20,000 nucleotides of DNA from the NCBI RefSeq assembly GCF_004010195.1, contig NC_057718.1:72261515-72281514 (forward strand), read 5' to 3'. The notes below the pieces were generated by a model that worked only from the letters and a program-made list of their open reading frames with translations, made no database searches and had not been told where the DNA came from. Made by a program: the position numbers and the translations under genes. The stretch comes from Chiloscyllium plagiosum (taxonomy: Eukaryota). Of this stretch, positions 11,055 through 20,000 are shown piece by piece; the first letter of the stretch is position 1; each line of letters opens with the position of its first letter.

Positions 11055-11578
11055 TGGTAAGAGTAATAAAAAGATGGGGTACTGGGCTAACGGTCGGATA
11101 CTTGGTAGTGTGGATGAGCAGAGGGATCTTGGTGTCCATGTACACAAATCTTTGAAAGTTGCCACCCAGGTAAATAGTGCGGTGAAGAAGGCAGATGGCG
11201 TACTGAGGTCATGTTGCAGTTGTATAAGACTCTGGTGCGGCCACATCTGGAGTATTGTGTGCAGTCTTGGTCGCCATACTATAGGAAGGATGTGGAGGCA
11301 CTGGAACGGGTGCAGAGGAGGTTTACCAGGATGTTGCCTGGTATGGTAGAAAGATCGTATGAGGAAAGACTGAGACACTTAGGGCTGTTTTCATTAGAGA
11401 AAAGAAGGTTTAGGGGTGACTTGATAGAGGTGTACAAGATGATAATTATGGGCATTTAAGCGGGCGTTGGATAGGCATATGGAGGATAGTGGGCTAGTGT
11501 AGGTTAGGTGGGCTTGGATCGGCGCAACATCGAGGGCCGAAGGGCCTGTACTGCGCTGTATTCTTCTATGTTCTATGT
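11055..11578 (+). mobile_element. 5'-truncated CR1 LINE with internal deletions and (TTCTATG)n tail
   Basis: ORFs give NGRILGSVDEQRDLGVHVHKSLK (11074-11349) and LYKTLVRPHLEYCVQSWSPYYRKDV...RGDLIEVYK (11211-11459). The 3' end is gggccgaagggcctgtactgcgctgtattcttctatgttctatg. Confidence 0.92.
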
Positions 11579-11684
11579 GCCTAGAAGTATCCACAGAACA
11601 TGATATTGCTCATAAAATGTTTTTAAAGAATTTATGTCAATATTGTAGATAGATATAATATTAGATAAGAGCCAAGTGTAGTAC

Positions 11685-11785
11685 CTTTCATTTTCCACAG
11701 GGCACTTGGATCTCCAGTCGCTAAGGTGGCTGTCATACTCCACTGACAATATTCTGAGATTGGGGCAGTCTGCAGCCAACCAGGT
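11685..11785 (-). CDS. SERAC1: SERAC1 internal coding exon (next exon downstream), 101 nt
   Basis: Minus strand reads tgatttgcattcAG | acc tgg ttg gct ... gaa aat gaa ag | GTacta. Translation is [33 protein letters not shown](R), contained in ORF 11573..11812. Recalled human sequence is [32 protein letters not shown]. It starts in phase 0, joining ...CWPK of the previous exon in frame. Confidence 0.95.
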
Positions 11786-11908
11786 CTGAATGCAAATCAG
11801 CAATATAGACACATTAAGTTAAAAGTCAAAAATCATTTAAATTGACTTCTAAAACTCAATCATAATATATGACATTTTACATTGCTCCAATTATAAGTGT
11901 AGAAAATT

Positions 11909-12221
11909 GATTAGATTACTTACAGTGTGGAAAAAGGCCCTTCGGCCCAATAAGTCCACACCTACCCGCCGAAACGCAACCCACCCAGACCCATTCCCCT
12001 ACATTTACCTCTTCACCTAACACTACGGGCAATTTAGCATGGCCAATTCACCTAACCTGCACATTTTTGGATTGTGGGAGGAAACCGGAGCACCCGAAGG
12101 AACCCACGCAGACACGGGGAGAATGTGCAAACTCCACACAGAGTCGCCTGAGGCGGGAATTGAACCCAGGTCTCTGGCGCTGTGAGGCAACAGTGCTAAC
12201 CACTGTGCCATCGTGCCACCC
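11909..12221 (-). mobile_element. HE1-like SINE, full length
   Basis: Reverse complement runs gggtggcacgatggcacagtggttagcactgttgcctcacagcgccagagacctgggttcaattccc...gggccgaagggcctttttccacactgtaagtaatctaatc. Confidence 0.95.
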
Positions 12222-13224
12222 ACAAATCAATACTGAATCAATACTGTCTACAAAATCAATGCTTTCAATGGAAGACATGAAAAGTACATAATTGCGCCTG
12301 TTTATTTGAAAACAACTGGCCAGGAGTATCAACAATATAATGTTTAAAACCTTCATACTTCTTTGCAATTGGAGTGTGGGAGGGAAATAAAACCATCATA
12401 ATTTTAAGGTATCAACTACATTCCAAAGTCGTGACCAGAATACTGATCAACAGTAACTTTATACCAAGTTCATGCTGTTTTTGTTTTTCAGAGGATTGAG
12501 ATCCTCACCTGCCATGTTGGTAGATAGCATGCAAAATTTGATGCTGCCTCCTCAATTACTGCATTGCAACATTGCTCCAAGAGGCATTTAGAGGGATGAG
12601 AAATTCCTGCCAATTTCTTGGAATTTGAACTTTTGGAGACTGGATTCCCACTTTTGGAAATATGCTTCCAACTTCTGCATACAGTCCATACAGCATTGAA
12701 GTAGTTGACATACATCTCACTTTAAACATTTTAGAAAGGACGCAATGTGACTTTGCAGGTTCTAAATACAACAGCAGAAAAGGAACAGATTGCTATTAGT
12801 TCTGGTAGAAGGGGTTGTGTATGTGCAGTGTGTCTGTTCCTGACCGCCAGTTCGATGTGTAGCTGTGTTCTGCTAGTTAAGGAGGAAGGGATTGAATGCA
12901 GCCTCTGAACATCACAAAGTGCAGATTTCTTCCACAGTTCAGAGATCAGATTTAGTCTAGAGAATGGGCGAGACCTCACTGAATATAGAAGAAAATCAGG
13001 TGGCTGTCAGTTGACATCCAGAGAGCATAGTTTGCAAACACTATGTAAAATGTATAACTGTGCAGCTTTTATTTCCTCTCTTCTGCTTTCCAACTTTCCA
13101 AGTCAAATCTGCCTAAAGCAAAACAATTTTTTTCTCAATCCATTAATTCAAGAATCCTGTAGGCAATAATTGATGACAGCTCTGTTTAAGGCAGTTGTGT
13201 ATCCTTGGGTTCTTTCCACCATTA

Positions 13225-13430
13225 AGTCAATGAGTGCAGAAGAGTCGCATCAATCCAAAGAATCTGCACCCATATATCAATATTAATCCTGCTTTCCAGC
13301 ACTAGGCCCATAACCTTGCTATGACATTTCAAGTGATCATCTACGTATTCTTTAAAAGCCATGAGGCTTCTCCTCTCTATTATACTCCCAGGCTGTGCAT
13401 TCCAGATTCCCACCACCCACTGGATACATT
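13225..13430 (-). mobile_element. Old CR1 3'-end fragment
   Basis: ORF 13222..13416 VGIWNAQPGSIIERRSLMAFKEYVDDHL is a decayed CR1 ORF2 terminus (VVxVWNxLP...FKxxLD). Confidence 0.7.
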
Positions 13431-13650
13431 TTACTTTTCTTCATTCCACCCCAACATGACTAAATGAATTATTTTACACAGGTGAGGAGAAAGCCTCTCC
13501 ACTAAACAAAGGGGAACAGACACGTTTGTACATTTAACCCACCTTTAGTTATTACAAACCAATTATAGTATTAATTAATTACATACACATCCAATCAAGT
13601 TAATCGTGTGGCTTCATGATAAATCCATGGACATCTTTACTTCATATTCT

Positions 13651-14069
13651 GGGCATAAGCACTTCATCAGGAATGTGGAAGGAGAAGGGAGCTGACAGAT
13701 AAGTAGGAGGGTGGATGGGGCTGGGGGCATATTAGGTGGGATGGTGATAGGTGGATGCAGGTGGGAAGTAATTAGGTGGGGAAGGTGGAATGGATAGGTG
13801 GGAAGGAAGATGGATGGGTAGGACAGGTCAAAACAGAGGTGTCAAATTGGAGGGTTGGATCTGAGATGAGTGGGGGAAGGGAGATTTGGAAACTGGTGAA
13901 GTCAGTGTTGATGCCGTGTGGTTGTAGGGTCCTGAGACAGAAGGTGAGACGTTCTTCCTCCAGTTTGTGGGTGGCTTTGATTTGGTGGTGGACGATTTGT
14001 ACGTCTTTAGGGGAGTGTGAGGGAGAGCTGAAGTGGTTCATCACTGGGCAGTGGAATTGTTGGTGCGTG
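13651..14069 (-). mobile_element. Penelope-like element 3' fragment (GIY-YIG C-terminus, C-rich UTR, truncated hammerhead)
   Basis: ORF 13772..14125 contains HFSSPSHSPKDVQIV...KLEEERLTFCLRTLQPHGINTDFTSF. The minus strand ends cattcCTGATGAagtgcttatgccc (13675-13651) with GAAA lost. Confidence 0.88.
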
Positions 14070-14850
14070 CTACCACTCAAAATATACTTCCCTCCCCACT
14101 CCGAGATGCATTCTGCAGAGACCATTCCCTCTGTGACTCATTTGTTAGGTCCTTGTCCCTGCCAATCCACCCTTCACAAATAGCACCTTCCCTTGCCGCC
14201 ACACGAGGTGTAAAACCTCCATCCAAGACCCTAAAGGATCATTTCAAATTCGGCAGAGATTTTCCTGCACGTCCACTGGTCTCATTTACTGCATCCGTTG
14301 CTCTCGGTGTTGTCTCCTCTACATCGGGGAGACAGAGTGCCAACGTGCAGAGCGGTTCAGGGAACATCTCTGGTCCACACATACCGAACAACCCCACCGC
14401 CCTGTGGCCAAACACTTCAACTCTCCCAAAGACATGCCAATCCTGGCCCTCCTCCACCGCCAGCTGCAGGAAGAATGCCTTACCTTCCACCCTGGCACCC
14501 TACGACCACACAGCATCAACATCGACTTCACCAGTTTTCAAATTCGCGTCACTTCATCCCCGGTCCAAAACGCCAACTCGGCACCTCCATCTTGACCTGT
14601 TCTACCCATCCCATTTTCCTTCCTACCTATCCACTTCACCATCCCCACTAACACATCACAATTACCTCTCACCTGCATCAACCAATCGCCATCCCATCTA
14701 CCTTCCCCCCGCCTTACCTTGAGCACCCTATTTATCTCTTTGCCTCCTTTCCCGCTACATTGCTGGTGGAGACCGTTTGCCCAGAATGCCGACTCTCCTG
14801 CTCCTTGGATGCTGCCTGACATGCTGCACTTTTCCAGCACCACACTTTTT
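14070..14850 (+). mobile_element. Penelope-like element 3' half (linker, GIY-YIG, UTR, degenerate hammerhead)
   Basis: Translations TTQNILPSPLRDAFCRDHSLCDSFVRS, FSCTSTGLIYCIRCSRCCLLYIGETECQRAERFREHL (~14260-14370) and HFNSPKDMPILALL...GTLRPHSINIDFTSFQI. Terminal motif gatgctgcctgac...ttccagcaccacac lies at 14808-14845. Confidence 0.9.
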
Positions 14851-15519
14851 CATTCTCTGCATGAATTACATGACTGAAGATATCAGAGAACAAAAATACC
14901 ACTGAATAGTTTGATTGATTTCCCAATAGTCTAACTGTATGGAAGTATGATATTAGAGAAAATCATGGTCCTGAAACCTGAATTCACTTCAATTCTGATG
15001 ATGGATAAAGAATTGTTCTATTTGGACTTTCTGTCCTATCATGTTCAAAAGTAGCATAACAACGCAAGCTTGAAGGTGTCGAAATAGGCCGCTATACCTG
15101 TTTACAAATGCAATAATTTATATAACATACAAGTCCTTTGACATAGATTTGCTCTCCCACTCATTGTCATAAATCCAAGATATTTTTTACCCAGACAACA
15201 ACAGTTTACTTTGCACAGTATTATTTGGCAGCATACTGTTCTATCTATGAGTGAAAAGAGATCATTTACCAGTGAAATAAATGAAAATGTCAGACATAGT
15301 TATGTTCTCAGGAAGGAACATTTCATTGTTTTTATTTTACACTCATGCTGGGTGCATAAATTTATTATGTATCAGCTGTATAATGCTTTTGACAATCAGT
15401 CATCCTTGGGAACTTTCATGATGAAAAATTAAATATGCTAATATTCAAAATATACACTACTGCTATTCAGATATCTGAAGAGATTAAACAGTAATGTTCT
15501 AAATGAAATCAAATAAATA

Positions 15520-15612
15520 ATTGAAGAGGAAAAATTCCAGGCCTATGAAGGAAAGCAGGGGGTAGAATTATAAGGAAAAAAAAAGTACAGGAGCAATGAG
15601 CTGAATGATTTA
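15520..15612 (+). mobile_element. Possible highly decayed CR1 3' UTR remnant
   Basis: ttgaagaggaaaaattccaggcctatgaaggaaagcagggg...acaggagcaatgagctgaatg loosely resembles CR1 3' UTRs. Confidence 0.35.
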
Positions 15613-15680
15613 TTTAGTAAAGAACAATTGAGATAATCATAAATGAGTTTCTACATTCATAGCTGGGTAAGTATAAAGTG

Positions 15681-15978
15681 TGGGCGGCGCAGTGGCACAG
15701 TGGTTAGCACTGTTGCCTCACAGCGCCAGAGACCTGGGTTCAATTCCCGCCTCAGGTGACTGACTGACACGTTCTCCCCGTGTCTGCATGGGTTTCCTCC
15801 GGGTGCTCCGCTTTCCTCCCACATTCCAAAGATGTGCAGGTCAGGTGAATTGGCCATGCTAAATTGCCCGTACTGTTGGGTAAGGGGTAAATGTAGGGGT
15901 ATGGGTGGGTTGCGCTTCGGTGGGTCAGTGTGGACTTGTTGGGCTGAAGGGCCTGTTTCCACACTGTAATGTAATCTA
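15681..15978 (+). mobile_element. HE1-like SINE with a small internal deletion
   Basis: gggcggcgcagtggcacagtggttagcactgttgcctcacagcgccagagacctgggttcaattccc...gggcctgtttccacactgtaatgtaatctaa. It lacks tgtggagtttg relative to the other copies. Confidence 0.95.
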
Positions 15979-16044
15979 AAAAATATAAAAAAGACAAACA
16001 AAAGGGTGTCAAATGCGAACAGTTTAGACAGATATCACTGGTAC

Positions 16045-16171
16045 CTTTGGCCAACATTCTGTGTAATCAGCATCCTTATCCTCCATATTACTGTGGTCCT
16101 TCTGTCGCCATGTTTTAAAAGCTGCCCCCAGCAGACCATGGATGAAAAGAACATCTGCTTTGATTGACTGA
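16045..16171 (-). CDS. SERAC1: SERAC1 internal coding exon (start of the lipase/PGAP1-like alpha/beta-hydrolase domain), 127 nt
   Basis: Minus strand reads polypyrimidine ttttttttcttcAG | t cag tca atc aaa gca gat ... tgt tgg cca aag | GTacca. Translation is (x)[42 protein letters not shown], matching recalled human SERAC1 [25 protein letters not shown]...YTTCWPK. The exon ends in phase 0, compatible with the next exon. It is not in the ORF track. Confidence 0.95.
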
Positions 16172-16519
16172 CTGAAGAAAAAAAAGGTCAACATCTGTAT
16201 TCATCTGTAGTATGCAAAAAAGCTGTACAACATTTTGAATTAGTATAGCCCGAGATTGATGAAAGTAAATAATTCTAAGTTGCTACTGTGTTGCTGTTTA
16301 ATTATTAAACCAGTATGTTGAATTTATCACAATGAGAGAGAGCCATTAATAAAACAGATTCTATTGTTGTATATAAGGGCTCGGAAAAATAAGGGGTTAA
16401 ATCAGATCAAAATTTGTAGTCAAGAGAAGTGCAAATTTTTTTATTGCACTAGTATCTTCATGTAAGGTCAGAATACCTGATGGATACTTGGTATTGACAC
16501 TGAGACCAGAATTCCACAA

Positions 16520-16640
16520 AACACAGGAGCAGAATTAGACAATTATGTCAATCAGGTCTGCTTTGCATTTTGATTATGGCTAATGTGTTTCTCAATTCCA
16601 TTCTACTGTCTTCCCCCATTACTTTTGATCACCATATTTA
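16520..16640 (-). mobile_element. Old CR1 3' tail fragment
   Basis: caggagcagaattagac...gattatggctaat...tccattctactgtcttccccc...ttgatc is a decayed reverse complement of a tail similar to that at 5400-5520. Confidence 0.6.
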
Positions 16641-16748
16641 AGACTACTGTGCCTTTCTGAGAGATGTGTTCTGTACTGTTGCTCTTATAGGTAGGTGTTG
16701 CCACTGTGGTGCCGGAATGTTTTCTTCAGACAGGTGATTAGAATATAT

Positions 16749-17720
16749 GGAGAAAGTGAGGACTGCAGATACTGGAGATCAGTCAAAAGGTGTGGTGGTG
16801 GAAAAGCACAGTTGGTCAAGCAGCACCTGAAGAGCAAGAGAGTCGACGTTTCAAGCACAAGGTATTCATCAGGAATGTGGGGTTGGGGGGTGGGGGATGG
16901 CAAGGGGGCTGAAGAGATAAATGTGAGGGGTTGGGGCTGAGGGGGGGAAAGTAGCTGGGAATGCAATAGCTAGATGAAGATGGAGGGTGATGGTGATAGG
17001 TCAGAATGGAGAGTGTAGCAGATAAGTGGGAAGGAAGATGGACAGGTCAGTCATTCAAGAGGCTGGTTCAGAGTTGATGGGTTGGATCTGGGATAAGGTG
17101 AGGGGAGAGGAGATGAGGAAACTTGTGAAATCAACATCGATTCCATGTGGTTGGAGGGTCCTGAGGCGGAAGAGGTGCCAGGCATTGAGTGGCTAGGATT
17201 TTGCGGTGGAGGCGGCCCAGGACATGCCTGCCCTTGGCAGAGTGGGAGGAGGAGTTGAAGTATTCGGCCACAGGGCGGTGGGGTTGTTTAGTGCATGTGT
17301 CCCATAGATGTTCTCTGAAATGTTCCACAAATTGCTGTCCTGTCATCCCAATGTAGAGGGGACCACATAGAGAGCAACAGACACAGTAGATGATGTGTGG
17401 GGAAGTGCAGGAAAATCTCTGTCAAATGTAGAAGGATCTTTTGGGGCCTTGAATGGAGATGAGGGGGGAGGTGTGGGTGCAGGTTTTACACCTCTTGCGG
17501 TGGCAAGAGACAGTGCCGGGTGTGGAGGGTGAGTTGGGGGTCGGAGGTGGGGGGTGGGGCGTGGGGCCTAATAAGGGAGTCAAGGAGGGAATGATCTATA
17601 TTTATGGAGAAAAATATATCTCTGGTGGTGGAGTCTGTTTGTAGGTAGTGGAAATGATGGAGGAAGATGCATTGTATGCTGAGGTTGGTGGGTTGGAAGG
17701 TGAGGACCAGGGGGTTCTGG
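16749..17720 (-). mobile_element. Penelope-like element 3' half with intact 3' terminus
   Basis: Minus strand gives RFSCTSPHIIYCVCCSLCGPLYIGMTGQQFVEHFREHL...PVAEYFNSSSHS (GIY-YIG) and LVLTFQPTNLSIQCIFLHHFHYLQTDSTTRDIF. It ends gcagtcctcactttctcc, like the mini-inserts. Confidence 0.92.
16840..16877 (-). ncRNA. Hammerhead ribozyme motif with intact catalytic core but decayed stem II
   Basis: Minus strand: cattc CTGATGA ataccttgtgctt GAAA CGTC gactc (core spans 16872 to 16845). Confidence 0.7.
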
Positions 17721-19687
17721 AGAGTGTGGATATTTGTGGATGTGGTGCCAATCAAGTGGACTGCTCTTTCCTAGATGGTGTCAGGTTTCTTGAGTATTAC
17801 TGGTGTTGAAAGTGGAGAATATTCCATCACACTCTGGGACTTGTGTCTTGTAGATGGTGCACAGGTTTTGGGGACTCAAGAAGAGAACATTTCAGTATTC
17901 TGAGCCTCTGACTTGCTTTAGTAACCAACACATTTATAAGGCGAGTCTAGTTGCGTTTCCGATCAATGGTAACCCTCCATGATATTGACAGTTCGGTGAT
18001 GGTAACAATATTAAATGTCAAGGAGTAGTGGTTAGATTATGTCTCACTAGAAATGGTCATTGTCTGACATATTTACAGCTTGAATGTTACCTGCCATTTC
18101 TCAGCCCAAGCCTGGAATTTGTTACATTTGGACATGTGCAGCTTCAATATCGGAGTCGTCCCAAATGGTGCTGAACGTTGTGTGATCATTGGTGCACATC
18201 CCTACTTCTTACCTTACGATGGTGAGAAGATCATTGATGAAGCAGCTGAGGATAATTGGGTCTAGGACACTATCCTGAGGATCTCCTGCAGAGATATCCT
18301 GCAATTGAGATGACTGACTTCCAATAACCTGAATCATCTTCCTATGTGCCAGATGTGACTCCAACCAGTAGAGAATGTTCCCCTAATTCCCATTGATTCA
18401 ACTTTTGTTAGGATTCCTTGGTGGGTGGCACGCTGACACAGCGGTTAGCACTGTTGCCTCACAGCGCCAGAGACCCGGGTCCAAATCCCGCCTCAGGCAA
18501 CTGTCTGTGGAGTTTGCACATTCTCCCCATGTCTGCGTGGGTTTCCTCCGGGTGCTCCAGTTTCCTCCCACAGTCCAAAAATGTGCAGGTTAGGTGAATT
18601 GGCCATGCTAAATTGCCCGTAGTGTTAGGTGAGGGGGTAAATGTAGGGGAATGGGTCTGGGTGGTTGCTCTTCGGAGGGTCGGTGTGGACTTGTTGGGCC
18701 GAAGGGCCTATTTCTACACTGTAAGTAATCTAAATTTAAATAGAGTAATCTAAATCTAAATATGGCCCCACTGTCAACTTCACCTCACATTGGAAATTCA
18801 GCTCTTTTGTTCATGTCTGAACCAAAGTAAGGAGAGAATGGTTCTGGTGGGCCCCAAGCTAGGCATCAGTGAGCAGGTTGCTTTTAAGTAGGTGATGCTC
18901 GATAGCACTTTTAATGGCACCTTCCACCTCTCTCTGATGATTGAGAGTAGACTGATGGGGTGGTTATTGATCAGGTTGGATTTGTCCTGCTTTTTATGTA
19001 CAGGATATGCCTGATCAAATTTCCACATGTCAGGCAGATGTCAGTGTTGTAGCTGTACTGGAAGAGCTTGGCTAGGGTTGCAGCAAGTTCTGGAGCACAA
19101 ATTTTCAGTATGCTGTCTGGATTATTATTACAGCCCACAGCTTGTTCAAGGCCTCCACCATGGAGTGAACTGGATTGGTTGAACACTGGCATCTGTGATG
19201 CTGCAGACCCCTGTAGGAGGCAGAGATTGATCATCCTCTCAGCACTGTTGGTTGAAGATTGTTGCAAATGCTTCAGTCTTATCTTTTGCACTGATGTACT
19301 GGTTTCTTCCATCATTGCAAATGGGGATATTTGTTGAGCCAGCTCCTCAAGTGAACTGTCCACCACCATTCACAACTGGATGTGGCAGGACTGCAAAGCT
19401 TGCATCTGATCCGTTGGTTATAGGTTCAGTAAGTTATCAATCACTTGTAGCTTTTGCTTTTAGGCACACAAGTAACCCTGTTTGGTAGTTTCACCAGTTT
19501 GACATCTCAATTTTAGGTGTACTTGATGGTGCTCCTGGAATGCCTTCCTGCAGTCTCCATTGAACCGAGATTAATCTCCTGGTTTGATGGTAATGGTTGA
19601 GCGAGGGATATGCCAAGCTATGAGGTTGCAGATTGTGTTCAAGAATGATTCTGATGCTGTTGATAGCACACAGATCTTCATGGATGC
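17721..19687 (-). mobile_element. Degenerate LINE of a second, distinct CR1/L2-group family (RT region), interrupted by a SINE
   Basis: Minus ORFs give ITIKPGD (19571-19819), ILKICAPELAATLAKLFQYSYNT (18971-19369) and PVHKKQDKSNLINNHPISLLSII (18798-19028). GDPQDSVLDPIILSCFINDL occurs near 18230-18290 and IYKTQVPECDGIF/LIGTTSTNIH near 17725-17860. Confidence 0.85.
18422..18760 (+). mobile_element. HE1-like SINE, full length
   Basis: Same head, core and tail as the other copies; tail is gtaagtaatctaaatttaaatagagtaatctaaatctaaa. Confidence 0.95.
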
Positions 19688-19826
19688 GTGTGTGCGAGAG
19701 AGAGAGCGCAAGAGAGCAAACGAGAACGAGAGAGAGAGCGCGCGCGCGCGCGAGTGTGTGTGTGTGGGGTGGGGGGAGAGGCGGTGGGGGCTTGTGAGTG
19801 TTTGTGAGAGTGGGTGCATGTGTGTG
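19686..19826. repeat. Compound microsatellite (GT)n/(GA)n/(CG)7/(GT)n
   Basis: gcgtgtgtgcgagagagagagcgc...gagagagagagcgcgcgcgcgcgcgagtgtgtgtgtgtg; the CG run spans 19739-19752. Confidence 0.9.
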
Positions 19827-19844
19827 AATTTAAATGGATATATG

Positions 19845-20000
19845 TGGGCGGCACGGTGGCACAGTGGTTAGCACTGCTGCCTCGCAGCGCCAGAGACCCG
19901 GGTTCAATTCCCGACTCAGGCGACTGACTGTGTGGAGTTTGCACGTTCTCCCCGTGTCTGCGTGGGTTTCCTCCGGGTGCTCCGGTTTCCTCCCACAGTC
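19845..20000 (+). mobile_element. HE1-like SINE 5' half (runs off window end), CpG-rich and probably young
   Basis: gggcggcacggtggcacagtggttagcactgctgcctcgcagcgccagagacccgggttcaattcccg...ggtttcctcccacagtc. Confidence 0.95.

Noticed and set aside
12225..12260. aatcaatactg duplicated next to the SINE head, as a possible TSD
   Set aside because: Both copies are on the same side of the SINE, so this is a local slippage duplication.
12023..12368. Recurrent ORFs such as MAQWLALLPHSARDLGSIP and CVEFAHSPRVCVG
   Set aside because: They are translations of HE1 SINE copies, not proteins.
14033..14722. 229-aa ORF as a protein-coding gene
   Set aside because: It is a frameshifted read of a decayed Penelope GIY-YIG region; the real motifs are split across frames.
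15413..15482. C/D-box snoRNA-like pattern (ATGATGA 15418-15424 ... CTGA 15475-15478)
   Set aside because: It lies antisense to the host gene, is very AT-rich, has a weak terminal stem and has no recognisable rRNA guide, so it is likely chance.
19845..19915. tRNA gene-like sequence (also at the other HE1 heads)
   Set aside because: These are SINE tRNA-derived heads continuing into the SINE core, with no complete cloverleaf.
19571..19944. ORFs with RERE/HTHT low-complexity peptides
   Set aside because: They are translations of the microsatellite and adjacent repeats.

Overview
Eukaryotic genomic DNA, most likely from a shark or other elasmobranch (inferred from HE1-type tRNA-derived SINEs and the CR1 and Penelope families present). 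Roughly three quarters of the window is decayed, nested retroelements: several CR1-clade LINEs (one near full length, with SGNH-esterase ORF1, APE and RT), five HE1-like SINEs and several Penelope-like element (PLE, GIY-YIG) fragments. Two coding exons of SERAC1 lie on the minus strand (16171..16045 and 11785..11685). They have canonical splice sites and compatible phases; the rest of the window is SERAC1 intron. The most interesting signal is a set of minimal hammerhead-ribozyme motifs (CTGANGA-stem-GAAACGTC) in PLE termini. Three of these sit in tiny 120-135 bp TSD-flanked inserts that begin almost exactly at the hammerhead and look like a non-autonomous ribozyme-bearing mini-element. Family and gene assignments come from motif recognition and recalled sequences, not database searches, and repeat boundaries are approximate unless a TSD is given.
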